Source: Octopus sinensis
Taxonomy: Eukaryota
Length of the DNA: 64,000 nt
Reading direction: 5' to 3'
NCBI RefSeq assembly: GCF_006345805.1
Contig: NC_043011.1
Span: 59,346,464 to 59,410,463 of the forward strand
Below the pieces are notes generated by a model. It saw only the letters and a program-made list of their open reading frames with translations. It was not told where the DNA came from and ran no database searches. The translations under genes and the position numbers were made by a program. Below are positions 29,283-41,097 of this stretch, piece by piece. Numbering within the stretch: the first letter of the stretch is position 1; each line of letters starts with the position of its first letter.

Positions 29283-30214
29283 TGGAGAGTGTCATCGTAG
29301 AACGTTTTCATCATACATCCATTGAATCGGTGTTTAGATGAAGCGAAAAGAATCACAAGAATCACCCAGCAAAATCTTTCGAGAGGGCGTCCTTCCTTTT
29401 TTGGTGCAGACGTACAAAGGAGAGAAGTGGCCTTATGCCACCGTATTGGATACTTTCACACCTAAAACAGTTAAATACTTCCCATGCAACTGCACAATAA
29501 GCAGTTTCTCCCCCCCCCTGGAATAAAATCGCTTGATTTAATTTAATTTTCTCTCTATAATATTGCAGCTAAGCAGTATCGTTGGTGATGAAAAATTTAG
29601 TGAAGTCTTCCATCTTATTTTCTGCAATTGGTTTGCTGTTCAGGATTTTGGAGTATTCTGCGGTGAAATTAATTTCGTTTTTTCATACTGCCTCCTCCTT
29701 TATCCTTCACCATATGATTGCTTCTAGAAGTTCCAGTCCAGCATCCAATCCATCATGTAATAGAACTCTGTCAATTTTATATTTATAAATTAGGCTTTAG
29801 CATCGTTGTTCAAGCGAAATCTCCTGCCTACATTATTGCTTATTGCATTTTACTGCTTAAGTAATAAATCCGGCAGCTTACGTATGCTTCTATGAAGATT
29901 TCAAGTGTTCTTTGTAGAGAAGATATTTGACCTTCAGCTTTCTATAGATTTTACATCCAGTTTAACGACAATATAACTCATAGTTTGCTTGTTTAAAAGG
30001 GAAAACTTACATCGCCATTTTACTTCGTATGCACAAATGCCAAACGAAATGATATGATCCTCGAACTCACAATGAACTCTTCTAGAATTTCCATATCATT
30101 GACATGTCCAATGCCTCGTCAAAAATATTTGTCTCTTTAGAGATAAGATACAATTCTTATCTCTTCGCTATTTTACGTTCTAAATACTATACATATTAAT
30201 ATATCCTTTCTGCT

Positions 30215-30400
30215 ATAGGCACAATACCTGAAGTTTAGAAGGAGGGGACTATTCGATTACACCGGCCCCAGTGCGTAACTGGTACTTAATTTACCGACTT
30301 CGAAAGGATGATATTGCAAAGTTGACCCCGGCGGCATTTGAACTCAGATCTGCTAACATTTCGCCCTGACGTGCTAACGACTCTAAAAGCTCGCCGACTT
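30215..30400 (-). mobile_element. Decayed SINE family 3
   Basis: Reverse complement of the Nin-like domain and head (ggtacttaattt...ttgaactcag...agctcgcc). Confidence 0.75.
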
Positions 30401-30429
30401 TATACTTATTAATATAATGTTCTGATGCG

Positions 30430-30790
30430 CGAGAAGGCAAATTGTTCAGTAGTTTGAGCATCGGGCTCGCAATCACGAGGTAGTGAGTTCAATTCACGGG
30501 CCGGGCTGTGTACTGCGTTCTTGAATACTGCACTGTACTTCACGTTGCTAATGTTCACTCAACTAAAGGAATGAGTTCCGACGTCACTGGCACCGAGCTG
30601 TATCGGATTCCACCCACTTCTTTGGGTGACATCGGTAGAGTGGAGAGGGAGGCTGGTATGCGTGAGTAACTGCTCGTCTGCCATTAACAACCTTGCCAAG
30701 AACTTGTACTTCTTGGGGGTAACTTTCTATGTGAAATCCAATTGTCATTCATTACCGAAAGGGGTCTTTACCCCTTTTTTTACCCTTGAT
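30430..30790 (+). mobile_element. Old SINE family 1b copy
   Basis: Degenerate head and core plus the tail gagagggaggctggtatgcgtgagtaactgc...accgaaaggggtcttt, homologous to 18428-18757. Confidence 0.75.
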
Positions 30791-30852
30791 GAAAGAAATG
30801 TATTTTTTTTTACCTTCGAAATGTTTTTCTCCTCCTGTTAGTAGAAACTAGT

Positions 30853-31255
30853 AAGGCGTGGAGCTGGCAGAAACGTTAGCACGCCGGGCGAAATGCTTAG
30901 CCGTATTTCGTCTGCCGTTACGTTCAGAGTTCAAATTCCGCCGAGGTCGACTTTGCCTTTCATCCTTTCGGGGTCGATAAATTAAGTACCAGTTACTCAC
31001 TGGGGTCGATGTAATCGACTTGATTCGTTTGTTTGTCCTTGTTTGTCCTCTCTGTGTTTAGCCCCTTGTGGGTAGTAAAGAAATAATTATTTCGTCTCTC
31101 TCTAAGTTCTGAGATCAAATTCCACCGAAGTCGACTTATCCTTTTATCCTTTCGGGGTCGATAAATTAAGTGCCAGTTGCGTACTGGGATCGATCTAATC
31201 GACTGGTATCCCCTTCCCCACAAAATTCAGGCCTTGTGCCAAGAAAAGAAAATTA
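30853..31255 (+). mobile_element. Dimeric SINE family 3 (A-X-A') inserted as one unit
   Basis: Two Nin-like domains separated by module X. A 15-bp TSD with one mismatch (ttagtagaaactagt at 30838-30852, ttagcagaaactagt at 31256-31270) flanks the whole dimer. Confidence 0.9.
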
Positions 31256-31457
31256 TTAGCAGAAACTAGTGATGTACCCATTAAAGCAATAACAAAATTT
31301 GTGCAAATAATAAATCTTCACTCAAATAAAATATTTTATATTGATATAAGCCAAACGGACTCTGTACGTGATCACGTGATCAGCTAAAGTCACTCGTTAA
31401 ATCTTTCTTGATTAATACTTTACTCTCATAAAAATCTAGTCATTCGATAACACTGTT

Positions 31458-31787
31458 TTTTAAAAGACTCCGCCGGTTACGACGACGAGGGTCCCAGCTG
31501 ATACGATCAACGGAACAGCTTGCTCGTGAAATTAACGTGCAAATGGCTGAGCATTCCACAGACACGTGTACCCTTAACGTAGTTCTCGGGGAAAATCAGC
31601 GTGACACAGAGAGTGACAAGGCTGACCCTTTGAAATACAAGTACAACTCATTTTTGCCAGCTGAGTGGACTGGAGCAACGTGAAATAAAGTGTCTTGCTC
31701 AGGGACACAACGCGTCGCTGGGAATCGAACTCACAACCTTACGATCATGAGCCGAATGCCCTAACTACTAAGCCACGCGCCCTCACC
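31458..31787 (-). mobile_element. Young tRNA-derived CORE-type SINE, family 1, copy C
   Basis: Near-identical reverse complement of copies A and B. 11-bp TSD ataacactgtt at 31447-31457 and 31788-31798. Confidence 0.95.
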
Positions 31788-31994
31788 ATAACACTGTTAT
31801 TTATGTTATGTATGACAAAACGTCGGGAAAGACGTGGAAATGCCGCTGATGATTCTGACCGGCCTGCTAAGGGCTTTGCAAGCGCTTAGCCTAACGTACA
31901 TCTATAATCAGAGAAGAACATGTACTTGAACACGGTATTCCTTTATTCATATTATACGTATATATATATATATATATATGCTGGTGGTGATGCT

Positions 31995-32360
31995 GTTGCT
32001 GTTGAGCGTAGCGGTCTTTGTCCTAGTGGGAGAAGTCCGAAGCGTGGTCCTTTGCTATTCGTAAGACCCGCAGAAGAGAAAGCATGTCAACCCCCGACAC
32101 CGAGAGCATCGACGGATGGATGAATGCGCATCCAGGCTCAGCGGTTGCGTAGAAAGTCGGGGACAAGACACAGGAAGAAACAGTGAGAGAAAGTTGTAGC
32201 GAAAGAGTACAACAGGGGTCGCCACCACCACCTGTCGGAGTCTCGTAGAGCTTTAGGTGTTTTCGCTCAATAAACACACACAACGCTCGGTCTGGGAATC
32301 GAAACCGCGATCCTCCGACCACGAGTCCGCTGCCCTAACCATTGGGCCATTGCGCCTCCA
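31995..32360 (-). mobile_element. tRNA-derived SINE, family 4
   Basis: The minus strand starts tggaggcgcaatggcccaatggttagggcagcgg...gtttcgattccc (A and B boxes), continues through a GC-rich body and ends in acagca-type repeats. Confidence 0.8.
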
Positions 32361-33922
32361 CTGCTGGTGGTGTTGTTGTTGGTGGTGGGCAATATGTATG
32401 ACCTAGTGTTTAGGCGTAAAACACTCATGATCTAGCGATTGTAGTTTCCATTCTGGTAGGGAACAGCGCTTTGTGTTCTGGAACAAAAGCATCGTTTGGT
32501 CCGACAATTTGGTCGATCACACGATGACGTTACACCTATATATATATGCTCGTAACTGTTGTAGATCGATTCAATCTAAGCCTACCTTAAATGAAACAAC
32601 CACCGTTCGATGGAAAAATAGACGTTATTGCAATAGAAGAGATATTGGAAGGCATTCCAACCATAAAATATTTCTCACTAAAATATGAATGTTATGGGTT
32701 TCATAAGCAAGCGAATGAGAGATTCTCCAGGAAGTCTTTCAACTTACGAGAAACAGTATCGAAAACATCAATCCTCTTACCATTGATAAAAATGAAGTCA
32801 GTTTAGATAATATAGTCCAAGGTGCATTACATCCGGAAAGGGATTACCCGGTCATTCATAGAAATTACTTAATTATAAGCCAGATCAAGGAAGAATGGTG
32901 TTTATACGAACACAACTAATTTAATTTAAAATGACCATTCCTAAATACAACTATAACTAATTTAATGATATTTTCTTTTTCTAACATTGTTCCTGCAATT
33001 TACTGGGGTTTGATGGGAGCACAGTTGAATGCATACCCTCCAGTTTTTGAATTTTCCTTTATCTCGCCGTGATGAAATGCAATGTTCATAACAGCAGAAT
33101 TTAAATTCAGATTTAGCAAAAATGCCAGTTAATTTAGGTAGGAATCTTGAAGATTTGAGGGCAGAATTTAGTCGATATCGTCACTCCGGTACATTATCGC
33201 CTCCATTAGTTTAGAATGCAAATTTGGCTTCGGTGTAATTTGAACTCAGAATATAAAGAGCCGTAACGCATAACAAATTATTTTTTACAGACTCTAATGA
33301 TTTTGCCACTCCAAACATTAATTATCTCACGAAATGATTATAGCACTAAACGAGAGAGAGAGAGAGAGACCGCCATAAAGATCTTATAGATCATATTTTT
33401 AAAGTGTAGTTTGTAATAAAATATTGCCACAAATTCTGTTTATATGATATTGTTGTAGTTTTGTAGTTAATAGAAATTCATTGTTTAATCTAAGTTTCGT
33501 TTTAGTGCTCATCTGGGGACTGTCAGTTTATTGGCGCTTAGTTATACTAATATATTAAATATAAACAATACCGAAATTGTTATTAATTTGCATTGTGTTT
33601 TAATGGTTTGTGAACATTTTCGTTTCTTTAACCGAAGTGATTATTTGTTCCGTATTTCCCGTTAGAGATAACTGAACAATCCATTATAATCACACTTGTG
33701 AATATCGTGTGCCATTATTAATTTGAGAATGGTTTTAACCAAACTGATTCCTATTAGGTTGTTAACGCATTTATTTATTTATTTATTTATTTGAGTGACG
33801 TCTCTATGCCTTCAAAGATGCACATTGAAAATGCTTTCGAATCGCGATTTTTTTGCTGGTTTGTTTGTAGTAATACCTCTACGCGATGTACACTACTGTG
33901 TTAATATCCAAATATAATGTAG

Positions 33923-34475
33923 GCTCAGAACGGTTTTCTGTAATGCTATCTGCTTCTTGTACATCCAAGTGATCAGAGTGTTGCACGAACAATGGCAAGA
34001 TCGTACTTATTATTCCCAGATCAGCGGTGAGTTGTATTATTGAATAAAACACTTCATTCACGTTGCTGAAGTCCCCTCACCTGTAAATAAGTAATCCCGG
34101 GACGGACTGGTTTTCGTTCAGGGGCCGGAAATGTTGGCCATCTCTATATAGCCAGAAACGGCGTAGGGGTAGACTTGAAATCATGATTTAAAGTCTACCC
34201 CTTCAGCGGCCGGAGAGACGTCCGAAATTTCTTCATATGTACATTATCTAAAATATCTCGGTGAAGCTGATGGCATTGCAGCTGCATAATTGAAGATATT
34301 GACCGACAGCAAATAATGGTGGAGATCTATAATGAAAGATGTAGCAATAGGAAGGAAAAAGGGGGAAAACAATTAAAACATCCGCTGTACTACCAACAGT
34401 TTACTGGGGTATCTGTTGCGAGAAGTGTGCAATGGCGTTTGGTGTACAACACTACGAAACAGCTGTGTATTGTTG
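33923..34475 (+). CDS. Candidate phase-compatible exon pair (33923-34026, 34400-34475), unknown product
   Basis: Sites tgtag|G ... GCG|gtgagt and caacag|T ... TTG|gtaagt. The spliced frame stays open: LRTVFCNAICFLYIQVIRVLHEQWQDRTYYSQISVYWGICCEKCAMAFGVQHYETAVYC. No family recognised. Confidence 0.22.
34165..34202. other. 38-bp near-perfect palindrome in a GC-rich patch
   Basis: AGGGGTAGACTT-G-AAATC-AT-GATTT-A-AAGTCTACCCCT: 12 bp, one mismatch, then 5 bp. Confidence 0.9.
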
Positions 34476-36420
34476 GTAAGTTCCATCATTATAAAACTTT
34501 CTCCTGATAGTAAGCCATGCTGGATTCGGAGTGACAACCAACAAAAATTGTGTGTGTGTGTTTGTGTGCATGCGTGAATGTGTTTGTATGCATTTCTGTA
34601 TCTAACTATGTACGTATGTACCCATGTATGTATCCAAGCAAGCATATATGTAAGTAAGTAAGTATGTATGTATGTGTTTTCGAAATGCCGTTTGTGTACA
34701 TCTTTTTCTGTTTTATTGCATTTGGTTCGCTGCGCAGAGAGAATGATATTTCATCATCCTGTTGATTTTTCATTAAAATGTTCCTCTTCTATTTCCTGTA
34801 TTAAATTTGCGACCACCATTTCTTACTCTTTTTTATTTTTTGTCATGTTAAACCAAGCGATATTATAATGGATTATACCGATAATCTTCCTGTGTCCAAG
34901 ATTGCTTCCAGAAGATTTATTTATGCGTGTTTTGTATTCGTTTATTCACTACTTGATAAGGAGAATATTTTAAATCCTTAACGGTTCTCATCCAAGAAGG
35001 TTTTGTTTTTCTATTATCATTATTTTCCATTTAATATGCTTTCTGCGTTTTCTACGCTTGTGATTTGGTTTAGTTTCCTTTAATATGAATTATCTTGTTT
35101 CTTCGAATTACATGTTATATTGTGTGGTTTGCATGATATACATGTAGCGTTGAAAAATCTATGATTACTTGTTACGTTAATGGTGTAGACCTACGGGCGG
35201 CAAACTGGCAGAGTAATTAGGGCATAGGATAAAAAAAGCCGTCGTAAAGGTCATGCCGGCCTTCTTGTACAATGATTTCAAATATGATCGTTGCAAGTTT
35301 CTCCTTTCGTCTTACCACGGTCGTCAAATAAATTACCTAGCGTGTACAGTAATCACGTTTTCTCGATCTTTCTTGATAGAGGTGTGTTGTGGAATGTGCT
35401 GCTCACCATATCATTTTTTTAAAAATTGTTTTTGCTTCGGAAAAGGAGCAGTTTTGTGTGAGGGCTTAGCAATATATTACAGAAAAAAAAACATTGCACA
35501 GGATATGTCTAAAGACTGATCGATGTGATCTGCAATACAGCACAAAACAGAATTTTTGAAAAAAATACTATTATTTTATTATATTTTATTTTTCATAACT
35601 CTATTGTTGTACGATCGTTTTTTGTGTTTCTTTTTTTCTACTTTTAATTTTAGGTGTTTCCGGATATCTTCTCGTTCATGTCATTTATTCTTTTATATTC
35701 AGAAATATCGTTATCTAAATTTAATCTTGAATTCAATTTTTTTCTTTGGCTTCTTTGAAAAAAAAAATTTTCTTCCTATTATTACAGTTTCCAAGTCTTG
35801 TAGCAGGAAAATAGGCTTTCATTTTAAGAGCATATTTTCATTTTAAGTGCACACTTATGCAGAAATACACACTACGCTAGAGTTCCATTCTATTCTCTTG
35901 ATTGATCTGTTGTCTTCTGAAGTCAGTGCATGTAGATGATTCAATATATTCCTCTCTGGAATTTTAAAACTTTCACTGAAACGCTATATGTGTGTGTTTC
36001 TATGTATGTCTCGTTGATTGCTTGCCTATATATTGTTGTACGTATGCCTGTATAGGTTTGTGCTGAGGTTCATGCATAAGTTACAATTTCTTTGTTTTAA
36101 TATCTACTCAGAACATTCGTCATAAGTTTCGAATATCGACTTGATATTCTTGCTTTTTTATTTTATTTTCCACGTCATGTACAAGTATTTCCTTTTTCTT
36201 AAATATATATCCTTGCTTCTCTAGTTGTATATAATGTTAGCTTATTCCTTATTCTTCCATAATTCCTATCATTTATAATCCATTTATAGACAAAAATATT
36301 TCAGTCAAAACGAGGCACTAGTCTACCAACCGAACGCTTGACGGTTCTATTGCGAACGTCACTGCATTTTAACTATATGTGATGTATCCCCGAATGATAC
36401 TGTTCTATATTTTAGAGATG

Positions 36421-36507
36421 AGGAATTGAACTCGAAATCTTGGTGTTAGTAGCCCGTGCTCTTAACCATTACGCTATATTTCCACGAGCATATAGAGTTC
36501 GATTCCT
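36421..36507 (-). mobile_element. tRNA-like SINE head with an inverted copy of its B box
   Basis: Minus strand atagcgtaatggttaagagcacgggctactaacaccaagatttcgagttcaattcc. 36421-36433 and 36495-36507 are 12/13 inverted matches. Confidence 0.6.
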
Positions 36508-36659
36508 GGTAGTGCCTTGAAAAAATTTAATAATAATAATAATAATAATAATGATAAGATAATAATAATAATAATAATAATAATAATAGTAATAATAACA
36601 TCAGGAAAAAAACAACTTAGGAGTGAGAACCCAGCGTTGGGTTCAAGATTCTACCAGGA

Positions 36660-36701
36660 CACCTGATGCAGACTGGAGAGTAAATCATCCGTAACGTCGT
36701 G
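36660..36701 (+). ncRNA. Decayed minimal hammerhead ribozyme motif (Penelope-like)
   Basis: CAC-CUGAUGC-A-GACUG(10 nt)CAUCC-GUAA-C-GUC-GUG. Stem I is CAC/GUG, stem III is ACGU, the triplet is GUC. There are two core changes and two stem II mismatches. Confidence 0.5.
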
Positions 36702-36919
36702 GAAGCAACAATCTAGATGAGGACATATATCTGCCCAATGTAAATAATGTAAATACTCCCTGGATAATTTAAGCCCTCTATAACTGGGCATACAGCATTG
36801 GGTTATATATATCACTGCAGTAAACCAGAAGGAGACTGGATTTGAAACAAGGAAACTGACTTCAATGAATTTTCCAAATGGCTTCCATAACAGAAAGTTA
36901 TATTCGCTTTTTGCCTTGA

Positions 36920-37111
36920 TTTGTTTCAGTCATTTGACTGCGGCCATGCTGAAGCAGCGCCTTTAATCGAACAAATCGACCCCCAGGACTTACTCTTTGT
37001 AAGCCAAGTACTTATTCTATCATACTCTTTTGCCGAATTGCTAAGTTACGGGGACGTAAACACACCCGCATCTGTTGTGAAGCGATGGGGAGGAGACAAA
37101 CACTGACACAA

Positions 37112-37164
<53 letters not shown>

Positions 37165-37184
37165 TACATACATACATACATACA

Positions 37185-37240
<56 letters not shown>

Positions 37241-37405
37241 CGGCGGTATTCTTTCACTTTCCGTCTACCAAATCCACTCGCAAGGCTTTGGTCGGGCCGA
37301 GGCTATATAGTAGAAGACACTTGCTCAGGGTACCACGCAGCGGGACAGAACCCGGAACCATGTAGTTGGTAAGCAAGCTACTTACTACGCAGCCACTCCT
37401 ACGCC
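36920..37405 (-). mobile_element. SINE family 2 with a greatly expanded internal (CA)(CATA)(TA) tract
   Basis: The 3' half is at 36920-37105 and the 5' half at 37241-37405, separated by about 135 bp of microsatellite. Confidence 0.9.
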
Positions 37406-37982
37406 TTTTATTTATGTTTATCACGTATCTTTTACTTGCTTTCATCAAAGGATTGCGGCCAAGCTAGGACACACTCTAGAAGTACTTGAACTGAAAAAAA
37501 TCCATCCCAATATTTATTATATTTTGGAGTCTGGAAGTTCTATCAAACTGTTTAATATGTTACGGAGTGTAAACGAAACACACGCACATAAATGTCTGTA
37601 TGTATCTATGTACGCATGCTTGCAGGTATGTCTGTATACATGTATCTAATATATAGATATATCTCAACTGAGGTAAAGTGTTCATAAGAGATGAAATTCA
37701 TTTTAATTTATTACGCAGTTTTCAGAAACGTTCGTATTAATTGCATTTAAAATATCATTGGTTAGTTTGACTTCATTATTGTACATTATACGACTCTATG
37801 TCAGTACAAGCTCGCCAGTCCCAACTCCACTCACAGGTATACTATAAATACGATTTGGAGTAGTTCGTCGTATTCTACTCGAGTCGGAAATTTTGCCAAC
37901 ATACATCGCTTTTAAGAATAACACGAAATAGAAAGTAAAAATAACCTGTTGTCCTGATGAAGGCGTCTAACTAAATCGCTAA

Positions 37983-38037
<55 letters not shown>

Positions 38038-38317
38038 CATATTCCGGAATGTGTTTCTATGTATGTCTCGTTGATTGCTTGCCTATATATTGTTGTACGT
38101 GTGCCTGTATAGGTTTGTGCTGAGGTTCATGCGTAAGTTACAATTTCTTTGTTTTAATATCTTCTCAGAACATTCGTCATAAGTTTCGAATATCGACTTG
38201 ATATTCTAGCTTTTTTATTTTATTTTCCACGTCATGTACATGCATACCTTCATACAAACAATACATGCATATTTTATGTATACATACATATATACATACA
38301 TACATACATATATATAT

Positions 38318-38718
38318 ATCTTTTACTCTTTTACTTGTTTCAGTCATTTGACTGCAGCCATGCTGGAGCACCGCCTTTAGTGGAGCAACTTGACCCCGGG
38401 ACTTATTTTTTGTAAGCCCAGTACTTATTCTATCGGTCTTTTTTGCCGAACCGCTAAGTGACGGGGACGTAAACACACCAGCATCGGTTGTCAAGCAATG
38501 CTAGGAGGACAAACACAAACATACACGCACACACATATATACATATATATACATATATACGACAGGCTTCTTTGAGTTTCCGTCTACCAAATCCACTCAA
38601 GGCTTTGGTCGACCCGAGGCTATAGCGGAAGACACTTGTCCAAGATGCCACGCAGTGGGACTGAACCCGGAACCATGTGGCTGGTAAACAAGCTACTTAC
38701 CACACAGCCACTCCTGCG
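38318..38718 (-). mobile_element. SINE family 2
   Basis: Full-length reverse complement of the family. Confidence 0.92.
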
Positions 38719-38719
38719 T

Positions 38720-38732
38720 CTATATGTATATG

Positions 38733-38774
<42 letters not shown>

Positions 38775-38828
38775 TATATATATATATAATATATATATAT
38801 ATATAGTATATATATATATATATATATG

Positions 38829-38890
<62 letters not shown>

Positions 38891-38973
38891 GTATATATAT
38901 ATATGTATATATATGTATATATATATATGTATATATATGTATATATATATGTATATGTATATATATATGTATA

Positions 38974-39006
<33 letters not shown>

Positions 39007-39011
39007 TGTAT

Positions 39012-39042
<31 letters not shown>

Positions 39043-39058
39043 GTATATATATATATGT

Positions 39059-39107
<49 letters not shown>

Positions 39108-39170
39108 GTATATATATGTATATATATATATATATGTATATATATGTATATATATATATGTATATATATG

Positions 39171-39250
<80 letters not shown>
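38720..39250. repeat. About 530 bp of interrupted (TA)n
   Basis: Seen directly. Confidence 0.97.
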
Positions 39251-39251
<1 letters not shown>

Positions 39252-39374
39252 TGTATTGTTATATTTCGGAATGGTCATATTGCCAGTTTAGCCAATAAAA
39301 ACACACGCACTATATATTCGGTGTTATTTTGCTTCAGTGATATTTATTTTTTACATTAATCTTAATCTTATTTC

Positions 39375-39419
39375 GGCCAGAGTTCTTTCGTCACACTCCT
39401 GTGACCGCATCAGTGGTCC
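39375..39419 (-). ncRNA. Minimal type-I hammerhead ribozyme motif (Penelope/retrozyme-like)
   Basis: Minus strand GGACCA-CUGAUGC-G-GUCAC(aggagu)GUGAC-GAAA-G-AA-CUC-UGGCC. Stem II is a perfect 5 bp, stem I is GGACCA/UGGCC, the triplet is CUC. A9 is changed to C. Confidence 0.6.
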
Positions 39420-40587
39420 TTTGTTTTCTTCTTTCGTATTTGTGTCTCTCCTTACTAATATTTAAACGTATATGTATTGTAGATAATTCTTATTAATGCT
39501 TTTCGTTCTTTCAATCAAACTCTTTATACAAAATTCTTACTGCCTCGTTCTTCTTAATAAATAATATTTGTACACCACTTTAAATACTCTATCTATACGT
39601 GTGTGTGCGTGTGTTTGTGTTTGTTTATGTGTGTGTCTGTGTGTTAGTATAATTGTGTGTGTATATGTGTGTGTGCGTGCGCGTGGATGTAAGCCGGCGA
39701 TAGTAAGTCTCTTGTCAAGCATTTGTTTTCGTATTTCCATAAATGTTTTAGCGAAGTCATACGGTATCGAACAAGTGGTTTTTGGAGATTTGGAGTTCAT
39801 GTCGGATTTTCGTCGTTTCGCTGTCTCTCTTGACAAATCACTTGATGGAATTCTTCTCAGATTTGTCTCGATTTCTCATCACACTCCAAGAAGCAAGCCG
39901 AGTTAATTACCTCCCTTGTGGTTAACCGAGACTTGTCTCAGTTTTAGACAAATGACAAATTCAATAGGTGTGTCTATAAATCAAATACAAACAGCTAATT
40001 TGTTGTCGTGTTTTGATTTAAACTTACTTTAAACTATTTGCAAGCATGGCTTAATCTGCCGTTGTTTTCGATTTCTCGTTTTTTAATTGGCTGCTTAGTT
40101 CCAGTCTATCCGCTGTTGTCTATGAACTTACATAAAAAAATATATTTATCTTCGTAGAGGATGGTGATTAAAAAAATATTGATAGGAAATCAATTTGGTC
40201 CTGGAAGTCGTATAATGTATATTTTATGTGTGTATTTTGTTAACGTGACTTGCAGAGTTTACTTAGACTGTTGGGGATGTGACTAATACAAGATGCTTTT
40301 TACCATAGTTTTCGTTTATTTCCAATCTCATTATTTCAAGTAATTTGCTTTAAAAGAAGTTACTTTTTATTTTCAATTCATCTAATTCACTTTTATTGTA
40401 CACTTATGTACGTTAGCATATCTATGCATATCAGCATATAAAAGCCGGTTCCCACAACATTATTAATGCAATTTTCTTCTCTATGTGTACACTAGAGTTG
40501 TCGTGCGATCTATAATATTGTCAGTGTGACAAATGCCGAATTCCTCGTTGTGTCATTGTATTTACCAATTATTATTATTATTATTAT

Positions 40588-40800
40588 TATTCTGTTGTGT
40601 TTGGGGAGAGACATTTTCTTTTTGTGCCTTATTATTTAACACACTCACCGGTAAAATTTCCACTTTTTTCTTATTTTTATTTTCCTAAAAGTTTCGTTGT
40701 GTCTTGCAACCTTTTCAATAGTTTTGACTCTCAATAGTTTCGAGTGTGTTAAATAATAAGGTACAAAAAGAAAAGGATTCTCCCCAGACACAACAGAATA
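40588..40800. repeat. Fold-back: about 59-bp imperfect inverted arms around a 95-bp spacer
   Basis: 40588-40646 versus 40742-40800, including the perfect 20-mer ccttattatttaacacactc / gagtgtgttaaataataagg. Confidence 0.9.
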
Positions 40801-40971
40801 TGCTTCAACACACGAACTCATATAAAGAATCTTGCAAACCAAATCCCAAAGCAAAATTATTTTTATTATTATTATTATTATTATATTATTATTATTATTA
40901 TTATTATTATTGTTGTTGTTGTTGTTGTCGTCATCGTCGTCATCATCATCATCATCATCAGTAGCATCATC

Positions 40972-41097
40972 GAGTGCGAGAGCAGCGCATGCCATCAAAG
41001 TGACTCTGGGGTACAAATACACGAATCTCACTATAACCATCACGAAAACCCGTCTGATGAGGGTACACTGGGCACATGCATCACGACCATATGCGCG
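40972..41097 (-). mobile_element. 5'-truncated copy (about 125 bp) of the AAT-associated element at 25643
   Basis: gagtgcgagagcagcgcatgccatcaaagtgactctggggtacaaata is homologous to it and abuts a CAT/TTG/TTA array. Confidence 0.85.

Larger units (their letters stand above)
35993..38240. repeat. Dispersed direct duplication of about 190 bp (about 35993-36183 and 38051-38240)
   Basis: gtgtttctatgtatgtctcgttgattgc...ttccacgtcatgtaca occurs twice with only a few differences. Confidence 0.92.

Noticed and set aside
31995-32180. HDV-like ribozyme in the family-4 SINE body
   Set aside because: I could not assemble P1, P2, P3 and P1.1 pairings around the cgaat motif.
29338-32806. ORFs 29338..29526 and 32591..32806 as genes
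   Set aside because: They are short, with no recognisable domain and no convincing splice or partner evidence.
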